A DNA stretch of 64,000 nucleotides from Marsupella aquatica (GCA_973895155.1 OZ316895.1:2343659-2407658), one strand, 5' to 3'. Shown: positions 14,032 through 27,251, counted from the stretch's first letter. The notes: a model not told the origin generated them from the letters alone. Program-made: numbers and translations.

Positions 14032-16096
14032 TAGTCCTCACTTTGTTGCAGAGCCCAAAGGACCTGGTTATGCAATCTTTTGACGTGAGCTAGTGCATAT
14101 TCTGTGATCGTTTTTGAGATCGTGTTGTGTAACAAGCACAATGCTGGACGAAACAATAAAGCTCTGAAGAGCCCATTCATGGCTCCTAACCCAGCCCATT
14201 GGTATTGTGTAATTGCATCAAGTATCTAAGTTTTCTGTGTATCCGAGACGGGCTTGCTGAAGAAAGAGTTCGGAAAAATACAATATCCGGATCGTGACCT
14301 GCCACGGGAGGCTACAACAATCTATATCACTGGCTCATGCCTGTACTGTACTGTACTCGTTCATGACTATTGCCCTACTCCTTACTCTGAACCTGGTAGT
14401 ATCACGACAGGTGGGCTTGTGCACCAATCCAACAACATCGTACCGGGAACTCTACAGTATATGATGATGGTGCAATCGAAACCAAAATGCTGGACTACGT
14501 AGTCCAATTGTCTTTCGTCCAAATGTCTTCAGTCGTTGAACGCGGTATGCACTAGCACTCGGTATTCTAAACAAGGAAGAAGAGCTGCTATCCCCAAATG
14601 ACACACGCGACTATCAATTTCTACAAAGAAATGTCGTAAGGCTGAGATTTAGTGCATTTGATGTCCTCGGAATTCCAATTCCAGGACACCAGAACAGGTA
14701 TGTCCACCCCAGGTTTGGCAGATGAAAGACTATTTCGATATGCACTTATATCGAAATATGACTTACACAAATAACAATAAATCAGGAAGTGATACACACT
14801 CGTCTGCAATTCGTCAGCTACAATACACAAGAATGCTAGACCGCTTATTTTGCTAGTGATGTTAGGCAGCACTGTCCTACACAGCATTTGAGATGGTCAC
14901 TGAGATGAATTTGAACTACCCATCTGCAAATCTGTCATCCTTAAAATACATGGGCATGGAGGAGCTTACGATGCACCTCCCATTCGCCTTGGGTTGAAGC
15001 ACAATGCAACAATGGGCCCAAGAGCCATCTTTCCAACCCATCTGTCCCTTTGGGGATATAGTCACCTTATTGCATTGTTGCTGACAAACGGCCTAATCAA
15101 TTCCATAGGAAACAAAACAAACTTGCTTTGAACTAGTAACGACAAGAGTGTCAAGTGAGGGAAGTACACTTACTCGGGAAATTTCGGAGCCGGAAGAATG
15201 TGACCAAGTTTGTCAAGCCCAGACGGGTCCTTCAATTAATTTAGGACTGCGGTTATTCAAGCAAAAAATTGTGAATTTAAATGCACAGATGGAACGAGAC
15301 ATTAGGCTCCAAGAGACCGTAGCCACGACTAATAATTACCACTCGTGGTGCGAGGGGACTTGAATTCCATCAGTGGAAGAAGTCAGAGAAAACTAATAAG
15401 TTAAAGCTCTTCGGGATGACTCATGGGAAGATTTTCTTTCCTGCACGGCCATCCCTATGATATCTTAATCTTTCCAGAAAACAATTTGAATATACAAATC
15501 CGTTCAGGCCCTCATGTTATGTTCATTGTTCAAACTTTTGTCTATGAATAAAATCAGAAACTTGTTGAGGTCGGCAATAGACTAGTCCCGCCAAAGACCA
15601 CTGTGCCCCTGTCAAAATTAAAGGTTCAACATTGTCAGAAATTCGATTCACACAAGTCATCTCCAGAACACTGTGAAAACTACAAGCTAAAGTAGCTTCA
15701 CCAACATGGGCATCGCTGCCATATTCCAAAAATTCAGAAAGTTCCGTCCAGGCGGCTCATTAGCCTCCGTCAATTGGACTCACTAGCAGACTGGGTCCAG
15801 TTCACTCATGAAGAAGGCCTCAATCTCAAACATTGGATTAGATCTAGAATACCATCCTAATTTCAAGAGTTTCACTCAAAGCACCAGGCACTTCCCAGTT
15901 TCTCGAATTATGGCTCAGTTCAGTTCACTGTCTAAATGCTGGTCCGAAAGCTTTCATTCTAGGTTTCATTCTAGGTTAGCCTGCATGTACAGCTTATTCG
16001 CTGGTTCAGAAGCTAGGATTTAGACAAACTGCAGCAACAAGATGAAAAAAGAAAGCATAAAACAGGAGTCAAGCATTAGAAGGAGAATACACCTTG

Positions 16097-18079
16097 TCAC
16101 CTCAAAAAGGGCATCCCCGATGGCGTTCGATTCCAGTATTCCTCATAATCTGGTCCAAAAAACTCGTGCAAAAAGTATTCCTCGTATCTATTTCGTAAGT
16201 TAAGGATTCCAGCTTCGAATGCCGGAGCTTACGCCCCGCATATAAATAACGATGTGCCATCCGTCCACAACCCCAATCTCCTACCCCCACCAAACTGATA
16301 AAGCGCGCGATTGATTTGCAACAATTTTTTTATTTTAAGAAAGGTGCAATCACGGATCCAATCATGAAACAATACAACTTAAAGCCAACTCTGGCAAACT
16401 AATAACCACCATTACTGCTGGCATTGAAATGGTAAGCGACGGACATGACGTGCACAAACGCGTACAATCGTGAAGTAAGAAACCCAAATGAGGATACTCA
16501 ATGCGGTCTGCAAAGAATCTCCACAGAACTATTGCATATGCAATTGTCATCAAAGGATTACACAGCATGACTTGAGTGCCAATGGCGAAGATGAAGAAGC
16601 CCAAATAACTTGGATGCCTGACGAATCTGCAGGATTCAAAAATAATTAATTCCATGAAGAAGTGATATTCATTTCACTTACTTGGCATTGCTGTTGTGTA
16701 TATCTCGTTGGATGAATGGCGTTTTAAAGACTAGCACACATGGTTTCAATGGATCATACTCTTAGCCCTAATCTATGAAAGAGAAACGAAATCTAGTATG
16801 CTAAAAATTTGCATCCGCTACAGATATAGCAATTTTGAGTTAGTGAGAGTCCTCGCCATTTCTTTGGGTGGAAGCTGATGCGATAATAATCTTTGGAGAT
16901 TTCCTTAGTGTGCTATGGAAGCAGAATGAAACATGGAGATATTCCAGAATCCCTTAGCGTATCCGAGGCAAAGTCCCATTTCTCTACGTCACGAGGAATG
17001 GCCACAAGTTAAAAGCTCCAGAACCTTGCCTGTAGATGCCATGAGTCACAAGCTTGTGACCTTCATCGTGAGAGATTTTGATATCATGCGTGAAGTTACT
17101 CTGGGCTGTCACAATCGCCAGTTTGCGGGTGACTTCCCCCATCACCATGAGTACCAGGCCCAAGTAGGCAATGGACGTCGATGCCTTAAATTGTGGCACC
17201 AACCAGCTCTCCGAGGCATACTCTGCTAGCCCCGCAGTGAGTGCCACCAGGTAAGGGACGGTGAGCAGTAGCGCTGCGCAACACACCAACAACCTGTCTC
17301 AATCAGTTTCGATAACAACCAAGAAGGTAGATAGTGGGACCCAAACTGTGCATTGACATCTCTTGACCGTGTTGCTATTTTGTTAAAGAGTAGGTTACCA
17401 TCGTCCCCCTCTTCAACTTTAAGTCAGACTTGCCAGACAACGGCAACAATCACATCTTCCAGAACTGTTCCTGGTCCAGTAAGAGTCCCGCTCATGGGGA
17501 TTTTCTTCCTATATGTCAGACGGATACAAATACTGAGGAAGTGCTCAAAAAATGTCTCCTTGCTATGCGAAAAGTCAATCAGGGCACAGACGAAATATTC
17601 GCCAATACCGACGAACGTACAGCACCAGTGTAGCATCTACAAATCTTACGACAGTCCAGTATTTCGTAAAAGTTCTAACACTTATTTCCCCGTTTTTTTT
17701 GCTATCTAGTGACCTTCCCGTACATGAAGCCGAATAATGGATTCGTATGAACAAAAAACAACGACCTTGCGGGGTAGGCAAGTTTGATCGTGGAGGACAG
17801 TCGTGTTTGAGTGGATAGGTTCAGGGAAACAAGTTGGGTATTTTTTCCATCGGAACTAGGCGATAGTTAGCAGACTAAATCTACAAAATCTATAACCCGT
17901 CGTCTCAAAAAAGTCCACAAAGCCCCTTGGAGCAAAGCAGGATTCAACTCACATTGTACTCCGGCACATCGACCGTAGAACATGGCCAGCATGAACTCGG
18001 AGGAATGAAAGAGGACCAATGCCACGATTAAGCACCGCAACTGCCATCCAGCCGTATCCGGTACCATCATGTCCCCCAT
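16097..18079 (-). CDS. ICMT: Protein-S-isoprenylcysteine O-methyltransferase (ICMT/STE14)
   Basis: Exons 18079-17953, 17273-17030, 16626-16498, 16187-16097 join in frame: ...FHSSEFMLA...GVQSLLLTVPY...GEVTRKLAIVTAQSNFTHDIK..HKLVTHGIYRFVRHPSYLGFFIFAIGTQVMLCNP..WRFFADRIEYEEYFLHEFFGPDYEEYWNRTPSGMPFLR*. Contains the ICMT signatures RHPxY and RIxxEE. Intron 2 is GC-AG and intron 3 is U12-type. Confidence 0.95.
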
Positions 18080-19976
18080 CTACTCAACTCTATTTCATCT
18101 CACCGAAGCACTCCGCTAGATGAGCACTCCTCAGCTAAGACTTTTCTTTTCTTTCATCGTTTTCTTCTCCTCCCTCCCCAAAACAAAACAGTTAGTTCCT
18201 AAACCCCCTCCTCCTCGCCGCCCACGTTTGATCTATGTGCCTCCACCTCCGGGCAGATTCTTTTATCTATCATAAATAAATCACGCATTTAAAAATATTT
18301 CTCCCGCCGGTCGAAACTTCACGAGAAACACACTCTTTGCGAGCCCTGTCCGGCAGCAGCAGCAGATCTTCTCCCACTGCTGCCACATAATCGTACTAAC
18401 TAAACTTGAAGAACATTACAGTCCTCAATGCAAGCTCTGTCCTCTCCTCCTCCTCCTCCACCTCCCAAACGAACATGCCTATGCACGACGAAGCTTTCTC
18501 CGGGAGAACTTTCGACATCATTCGGACGGAACTCGCCATGAAGCAAAACCCTCAGGACGCCAATTCAACTGCAGCAGGCGCGGAAAAGTCTAGTCTCTTC
18601 TCCGAATCGTGTCGGAGCACATGTATTCCTCAAAACCCGCCCCTCCTTTCTTCCGGAATGTTTTCCTCCTAACACTGAGTGACAAGCCAGCCAAGGGCGA
18701 CATTTGCGAGCAACGCCCTGTTCTGAAATCTTGGGCTCCTAGTCGAAAAACCTCAACCAATTCGCACACATGGCCATTCCCTGGCCTGACTATCGCCTTC
18801 CAAACAATTTTCCTCGACCGCCAATCCAACACTGCAGCCGGATATCTATCCTTTCTTCTCTGGCTTGGATCCTTTCTTCTCTTGGCTCCCATCAAAGGTT
18901 GGAGAATTTACTGTCCCTGGTGGCAGTTCCTGACATCTCTACAATCATTCCTTCATCCCTTGGAAAACATGTGCACCGATTTTGTACCGAGCACAGCATC
19001 AGCCTCGTTCGACGACCTGAACTGCGTTTCTACACTACACTCGTTGGGAATCTCAAAACGATCGAGGAAAAGGCGTCCTTGGAGGTGCGGGGTATCGATC
19101 CCCGTGCCTATCGCATGCAAAGCGATCGCTCTACCATGTGAGCTACACCCCCATCAATGGAAGGTGATTGAAGTTTTATATACTTAATTAAGTAAAACCG
19201 TTCTCCCCACTACTGTACTTCACGAGTTTAAACAATGAGATGGAAAGTGTCTGTCGATTGCAGGAAAAGTTACTTACGGTTGAGGGAAATAAGGAAAAGA
19301 CGAAAAACCCAAGTGAATTTTTGTGGGTTCTCTCTCCACAAGTGGCAGACTCTCTTCATGCACGAGAACACGAAACAAACATAGAAATGAGGCAAACAGA
19401 AATGATTTCCCCTCTTGTTTCAATAACAACAGATAGTCGTTGAAGCAAAAGTTAAGGCCATCATAGATAGCAAGGTGCGTTGATTGATCAGCAAAACTAT
19501 GCGCAGCCCACAGTTTACTAAGATAGAGTCTTTTCTTTATAATTCTGGATACTCACATGCTTGCGTCAAAATGTTTGCTCCAATCTGGTAGCTAAATATC
19601 AAAGGAAAGTAGTTAAGAGAATTGAGTTTTGGTGCATTTGCAAGATATGATGAACAAAATCCATACCATCAATTTCGGATCATTAAATTCTAAAAAATCA
19701 TGCCCAATGGACTTCCAAGTTTGCTTGTGTAGACTGCATCCAAACAGTGAAAATTTCTTGGATAACACTTTATACACTAAGCTCAAAAGCACTGTGTAAA
19801 CTGAAATTAGTACTGTAGTGAATGTGGGGTGATCACCTTCTGAATTTGATTGATTGGTCCACAATCACTGAACATTCAAGCCCTACTTTAGTTGTCAAAA
19901 AGTTGGTGAACCCCACTTCATGCAAAAGCCCGGTAGAATTATGAATCTCACTTGTTGTAATGAAGACTCTTCCAGT

Positions 19977-20413
19977 TGGGCCGTTGTTAGTATACAGTAA
20001 AGTTCTATTTAAAGGGCATTATGGGATGTGATACTTAGTGCCCTTTGTGAATTTTCCCTTTGTTATTTTTCAGGGTATTTTGGAAGCATAATGTCCCCGT
20101 TAAGATGTGGATCACCTCTTTGGTAAGATTCTTCTTTACTTTTTACTAAAGTTAAAAAAAAGCAAAAATCTATTGGGCCTTTAAGTGTACAAAGGTCCTA
20201 TTTTTGGAGCATTACATCCCATAATGCCCTCTGAAGAGAACTTTATGGTATACTAACAAAGGCCCAAGAAAAATTTCTCAGTCCTTAAGTGTACTAAGGT
20301 ACTATTTTTGGAGCATTACATCCCATAAGGCCCTCTAAAGAGAACTTTTACTGTACACAAAATGCCCTGAAAAATAACAAAGGGAAAATTCACAAAGGGC
20401 ATTAAGGATCACA
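19977..20413. mobile_element. Fold-back/MITE-like element with two sets of inverted repeats
   Basis: 19977-20032 (TGGGCCGTTGTTAGTATACAGTAAAGTTCTATTTAAAGGGCATTATGGGATGTGAT) is the near reverse complement of about 20211-20266. About 20026-20080 is the near reverse complement of about 20359-20413. There is an internal tandem copy at about 20180-20250 / 20283-20350. Same family as 5348-6260. Confidence 0.7.
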
Positions 20414-22267
20414 ACTGTACACCAAACTCTCCATTGTGCAAATTCACAACAGTCAGTAGCATTTGGAAATAGTCACTAGCATCTCAAAATGTGAATAAGG
20501 AGTCTCAAAGCTGGGTCATTAGTGAAAGCTACGGATTTATAATATATTACATAACTCTGGTTATGAAACCCGATTATGGAATTTCAAAAATGGGGGGCAG
20601 TAGCATTGACCCACCCTGGCACGAGTTACGGTCTCATTTGTCTCATAGCATAGTATATTCATTTTCCCTCCATACTTGATCAGGCATCGGCTCAAATGCA
20701 GTGGCCATCACCACGTTGGGAGCAAATCCCATGTGCTTTCAGTTGTGACTTTCCAGAGTCTTGGATTGTCGGATTTCCAAATTTGCACCTAAAGTTGCAA
20801 AAAAATTACAGGTAAATGTTGAGCCCATGGGCTTTTCTTATGATAACCAAAGATAAGCTCTCATAATTTTGATAGAAGTTCAAATTACGGGAGTTTCAAG
20901 TATTTTTGACAGGAGTTCAAATTACGGGAGTTTACAATACTTGAGTTATGGGAGTGGCTCATCTCCAGACCCTACTCATCTTGTTAAAGCAAGGCCCTAA
21001 TAAATACAACCCGAGTGGAAAAAACGCTAAAAACAGAGAATATTGAATGGTGGGACCCAGAAAATTATTTACAAGTACAGCCTCGTATGTTTTCCGAATT
21101 AAACCTCTATGTTCGGTTCATGACGAAAGAGGCGGAATGCAGAATTGCGGAATTGACGCGTTGCGGTATCTAAATCGGACGACGTGGAGACATACTTCAT
21201 CACTGCGATGCGGATCGTGAATTGAAAGACAACCGCTCAATCAACTATGTAACCAAAGGTGTCGAGACCAGTCTACTCCAGCAAATCGATTACAAGCATT
21301 CGGTCGGAGTCCCGACTGGAAAGAAGTTTGCTTGGCGCAATCCTGAGCTTGCGTCGCCATAGCGCTGAGCGGCCGTTGAGGAATTTGTCCGAGCTTTCTC
21401 CGTAGTCCTGGAAACTGACTTCGTTAATCTGGATTGTCTGTGAAATGCCAGGCCACGGCTAAATTGTGCGGTAGGAGTTTTCGAGGCTGTTCCGGCTGAC
21501 TGATCAATTTTAGCGATAGATGTCAGCAGGCTCTGGTCTTGTTGCCGTCGCCGTCTGGAGGCGATCCTGCGTTTCTAGGAGATCTCGTTCCTTTTGCAGT
21601 TCGTTACCGCCAATCACCTTTCGATTTTTCTTCAGGTGATTTGAATCTTTCTATCACGAGATCCGCTTACTGCTGAAATTTCTGACGCATAAGTTTGGAA
21701 GCAAGGCAGAGTTCAATCTGTCTTTTACTGTCACTAAAGGCATCTTCAGTTGCAATTGAAGTGCACCGCAAAATCGCGGAGGACATTTCGGATGATTTTT
21801 CGCCTTCACTACACGGAGTTTCATTTAATTGTTTTTCCCACGCATTTCAAGGTCTCTGTCGCGATGACCTCTTGTGTGCGGATTATACTTCATGAAGTAT
21901 AGTATTCCGTATCTATCTTTGCCAGCAAAATGATTCATTCTCTGAATCTCTACTTCAGCTATGTGCGTTTCTGTAAACTCAATTTTCTTTCCGATTTCCA
22001 AAGCGGTTGTTGAAATGTGAGTTCATTCGCAATGTCGGTCTCTCCCCGTACTTAGCGGCCCAGCATCGCCTCACATAATTATAGTGGAGCCTGCTTCGTG
22101 AGAGTTGTTGGTAGTAGTTCGCGATTCTTTATGGCATCTCTGTAGCACTGTGCATGCTGCCGTCAGGTCTGTCTTGCACTGCGGCTTTACTGCCGCTGGC
22201 TTAGTCAGTCAGTAGTAGAAAGAGCGTCGGCTCCTGTCCTTTTCTAATTACCTTTTGCTTTTGTAAA

Positions 22268-25200
22268 ATGTCGACACCTGTTGCTCTGCGGGGCTACTCT
22301 GTCCTAGTAAATCAGCCATTACAAGGGAAAACAGAGAAGGTACACGCAAACGTCTCAACCATTCGTGGAGCGTCCTATTTCTCGAGCTCTTCTCGAACTC
22401 TTGATTCTGTCAACTCATTCTCAACATTAGAAAATTGCCGAGCTAGTTTTGTGCCTCACGGAAGAAATCCAGCACGGCCGTCCTGGCAACTTTATCATTC
22501 TCCTGTCAGAACTAATTCGAAATCAATTACTACGGCGGAATTATTCACATTACCGGGTCGGCAAAGAACTGTTAATTTATTTTCCAGGAGAATTCTACCG
22601 AGGTCGTCCTCCATCGGTTCAAAGTTTGGAAGCCAACGAATCTTCATGGGAGCCGCTCTTTCCAGGTCCGTGTTCTTCACTTCTTTCCGTGTGCATGATA
22701 TCTCTTCTGCACATTGTAGGCATAGTCAGGGTAAGGAGTCGGTAATTTTACTCACCTTGCCATTTTCGTCACTCGCTCAGGTTCAAATAGAGCCTGTTTG
22801 TTGTAAACTTCAGTGGATTCTCATTGAATGACGTATTTAGTCCAGGGCTAAATGTCCGGTGCCTCCACTTACACGCACACTCCTTTTCATCCGTTTGTAG
22901 TGTAGTACATGTGTGAATCGATTCACCAGGCGGAGCTATTTTATGCATGGCGGGCCGTTTTTCTGGATTCATTTTTTCTCATTGATTCAGCATTTTGCCT
23001 CTTATGCCTCTCGGCCTCAATGCTGACGGCAAGACCAGTCATTGTGGGTTTCTCTAATGCTTAGGGGGTTCCACAACCCCTTATTCGTCATTACTGGACG
23101 TACGGTAGTGACTTTCAAGATGAGTTTCGTGAGAATTATGCAGTTCACAGTACAATACACGACTTTCTGGAGGTGATTGTTATGTCAACACTGACTATGA
23201 AACTTGTACGATGACTCAAGCAGGTCGCCGGTAGCGAGTTCTCTCGAGATCTTGGTCAATCCCGACAGTTTCAACAAAGAGCTCTTATCGAAAATAAGCA
23301 TTCTAAAAGAGCCCTACAAGAGGCCGTTTTTTCTCAGCAATCGTCATGTGGAGACAATTTTCGCTGCATTTTACCGTTCTCTTCCCAAGCTGACGTACGA
23401 AAGGGAACTCTTAAAAATGGCGGACGGTGGCACAGTAGCGGTAGATTGGCCAATTGGTGGAAAGGACGAAGAAGTATGGAAAGGCCAATTGGAACAAGAT
23501 GTACCAGTGCTTATCCTTTTGGTTCGTGCATTCTTCATCCCCTACCCGCTCTCCTGTCGATGGAAAGGCAAGGCTTGAGGGATTTGACTCTTTGCTGTAA
23601 CTCTCAACTCCTTAACGAATGTCGAAAAAGAGATTGCTCGAAGGTCGAGAAAGAAAAAGCATTCTCTCCATGAACCTAACCATGGATAGTGGGCCAGACC
23701 AGAGTACTTCTTCTGATTTGCTAACTCTCTACCCAGCGAATATCCTTGAAGTGCTCATGAGGAAATAAAAATCGTTTCCCGTCAAAAGTAGAAACCTTGA
23801 GGCATGCGTAGGTTCTCAGGACTCAGTTATGAGGAGAGACGAAAAGAAGGATGGCCACTGCTTTTGTAACAGTTCAGCTATTACCACATCTGTCTCCAGT
23901 AAGGTTGCATGCATCATAGTCGACCAGACATATGTTGGAGAACCGCCTGGTTCGTTGAGCAGCGGACCATGCGGTAGCTCTCAACCCCGAAATTCCCAAA
24001 CAACCACTGCAAATTGATTGAGTCGCTCCCTCGTCCTAATACGGGCACCCGTGATCCGGTTTATGTACTTGTCCGCAATTATGATGACTGTGTTAAGCAA
24101 ATGTCGATGGATTTAGTTAGTGGATGGATTCCACCTTGAAGTTAGTGGCCTCAGCTTCTTTTACCGGCTTCTTTTACCGATGAAGCATGTCGAAGTTGAT
24201 TCATTGGGTGTCCTGACTTGAATGTATTGTCAGCAATGGGCACAGTTCGGTTTCTTTTCTGAGATGAGTTGGTATCATGTTCTATGGCTCAGCCGGGTCT
24301 CACAGGAGGCAGTGCTGACACCTATGTGAGACATATGGTACTCGAAGCAAGGAGAGCTGGCTGGAGAGTTAGCGTCTTCAACAGTCGTGGATGTGCAGAC
24401 AGCCCCGTAACTACACCTCAGGTAAGGATAGTGGCTACCGTGTCCATCAATCTTGCTTAGAGCACCCTAAAGGATTTTGTCAGAGAGGTTTTGGTTTGCA
24501 TGAACTTCAGCTCATAAAGGATTTCAGTTTAGTGAGCCTTCGGGTTTCATTCTATCATAACTTCAGTGTACCGGCTATGGTGTCGACAATAATATTATCT
24601 TCAGTCCAGGAAATCAGGTTTGGTCATCTACGAAAAAAATTCAATCTTTCCATTACTTGTCTTCATGTGCTCAATATGAGAGTTTTGAGCTAAGTTAGAA
24701 GTGGGCCTGCATGCCTCAGTTCTATTCTGCGTCATTCACAGAGGATCTTCGTCAAGTCGTGAAGCATGTGGGCTCCCTCTATCCAAACTCGAAGGTTTAT
24801 GCAGTTGGCTGGTCGTTGGGAGCCAATATCCTGGTCCGGTACATTGGTCAGGTACTAGCCAATGCAATTCTCTTACGGCCTGTCCTTTATCTATACCAGT
24901 TCAAATTGATTAATAAGAACTTAACACAGGCAGTTAAATAGCCAGAGATAATCTGGAGGATATACACTGAAACAAAAGCATGCTCGAAAATAACATTTCA
25001 AACACTCTTTATGCAGGAGGGCGATAACTGTCCTCTAGCCGGTGCAGTCTCCCTTTGCAATCCTTTCGACTTGGTTGTTGCTGACATTGAGTTCCACAAG
25101 GGATTCAATAACACTTACGACAAAAATCTTGCAAGCGGTCTGACAAAGATATTTGCAAAGTGAGTTTTTAACAGCCTGAAGTCTGAAGTGGCTATAAGAT

Positions 25201-26476
25201 CTCTTATTGCTCTGACTGAAGCATTTGATCTCCTGAATTCGGGCTTTCCACACCTTTTGTAGTATTATTAGAGGCTTTTTGCCTGTTGGGATGAGTTGAT
25301 CTTACACGTGTGTCTATACTTGTGAACAGGCATGCTTCACTCTTCGAAGGAATAGGCGGAGATTATAATATCCCGCTAGCTGCAAACGCTAAGACAGTTA
25401 GAGATTTCGATGATGGACTCACCAGAGGTATTAAATCTGCAAGAATGATTGGCAGATTTTGCTCAACGGCCTGTAGAGTTCTGAATAGCTCTACATCGGA
25501 AAATCTGTGGAACGTTATTTTGTTTGCAGACAGTGGATTATTCTGAGAGATTGATGGAAAATGATGCCGGCGAAGAACACGACGGCCTAAATTGTCTCCC
25601 GAATCAAATATGTACAGCTAGTGCTCAATTTTATTTTGTTCAACGTTATGAGTGTTACAGTGTCTAAATGTCCTTCAGTTTTATACCCCTTCCTTTAATG
25701 CAAGTTGTTTCTTTCGCTATGGACAGTATCATTCGGTTTCGGGTCAGTTGATGAGTATTACTCTTACTCGAGTAGTTCGCGAAATATTAAGGATGTCAAA
25801 ATACCACTTCTTTGCATCCAGGTAGGATACAGTGTTTGTCTATCTCCAGTAATCAGAATTCTACTTTCACTATATCGCTGATATCGATGGCCTCAGCAGT
25901 ACAGTAGGAGGCAATGATTGTATGTTGTACGATTAGTTCATTTCAGTCAATTTGTCATTGCACAGACGAGTACTTTGGATGACAGCTGACAAGAGTGACT
26001 GAGACTGACTTACGCAGGCTGAGGATGACCCGATAGCTCCCTCTGCTGGTATTCCAAGGACTGATATTCAGGTGAAGCACTCAACATTCCTTTGCTGTCC
26101 TCCTGCACACTTGTTGCTTTAACGCTCATGTCATACTAAGAGATGATATACTTGCAGCTTGTGGAATGGCGATTGCCACAATGCTGTTCTATACCCTCCA
26201 GTGCATTTTTGTGTGCAGGCCAATCTGAACTGTGCCCTTGTGGTTACTCCAGCTGGAGGGCATTTAGGATGGGTTGCTGGGCGAGGAGGTGTGTCCGGTG
26301 CCCCCTGGACAAACGCCCCGGTGATGGAATATCTGAGGTTGCTTAACATGTCTGTGGTGGATGGACCGGCCTTTGCAAAGTCGAGAGGACAGGCAGGAGA
26401 GGTACAGTTCGTTGGTGTAGAGACTAAAGAGACAAGCGGCAAAGACTCAACAATCTCAGAACCTATGATAAGATAA
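22268..26476 (+). CDS. Alpha/beta hydrolase, embryogenesis-associated EMB8 / ABHD1-3 / YheT family
   Basis: Exons 22268-22665, 23224-23521, 24293-24421, 24720-24851, 25017-25159, 25330-25427, 25727-25821, 26018-26071, 26219-26476 join in frame. Motifs: NRHVETIFAAFYRS, DGGTVAVDW, LLPGLTGGS, FNSRGCADSPVTTPQFYSASF, nucleophile GWSLG, acid EDDPI and GGHLGW. The Ser/Arg-rich N-terminus resembles a transit peptide. The first exon is the least certain. Confidence 0.93.
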
Positions 26477-27171
26477 TCGAAATATTCAGGCTCGCGTGCG
26501 TTTGTGGCGACTGTCAAAAACTTTTTCCCTTGGGGAAGAGGAACTAATTGTCTTGTCACCGCAAAGAGGCTCGACTTTGTGCTAAGTAGCAAGTAATCCG
26601 AACAGATGCAGCCGGGTCACTTTCATTGTCAGGACAGGACTGCTGTGGAACGGCCGGCTGTTCAGAAGGTAATAAAACTGTCCAGAGTTTCACGTGTTAT
26701 TATGTGTGACGCTGGTGGTGGTCTCTTCCTTAAAACTTCCTTTGAATCATGGAGAGTCAACTTTACTAAGAAACGACATGTAAAGCCATTTGCTCAACGT
26801 TACAAATTTTGCTGTGGAGAAGTCTACAAGCTGTAGTTCCTTTTCCTGTCATTCTATTGCTTTGATTGTATCGTAATGTAAGAATTGTAGCTAATTGCTG
26901 GTTATATCTTCATGAGACGAGCGACCACTGAAGGCGGAAAGGTTTGCAGCCATGCCTATCCCCATACTCAAAAACACAGTAGGAAATATTGTTGTCTCCC
27001 TTCCCCAATTTGAATTTTGCCGGGATAAAGGGTTCAACGTTTCGATTCTCCCATGGAACCCCTCGTCTGCGAAACACTAAGGTGATTTAGGCTGATGACC
27101 CATGACTGATAGTGGTGTACTCTATGTTCCAATTCATTCTGTCTCCCGTGGTCGCACAGAAGAGAAGCCAT

Positions 27172-27251
27172 GCTCTAGGCATTCGGCCTTTCGCAATTAG
27201 CTTGTAAAGAAGCTCTAGGCATTCGGCCTTTCGCAATTAGCTTGTAAAGAA
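27172..27251. repeat. Exact 40-bp tandem duplication
   Basis: GCTCTAGGCATTCGGCCTTTCGCAATTAGCTTGTAAAGAA occurs twice in tandem. Confidence 0.85.

Noticed and set aside
16097-26476. Functional cluster of ICMT with a neighbouring esterase acting as prenylcysteine methylesterase
   Set aside because: The hydrolase is EMB8/ABHD1-3 type, not the ICME family; adjacency alone is not evidence.
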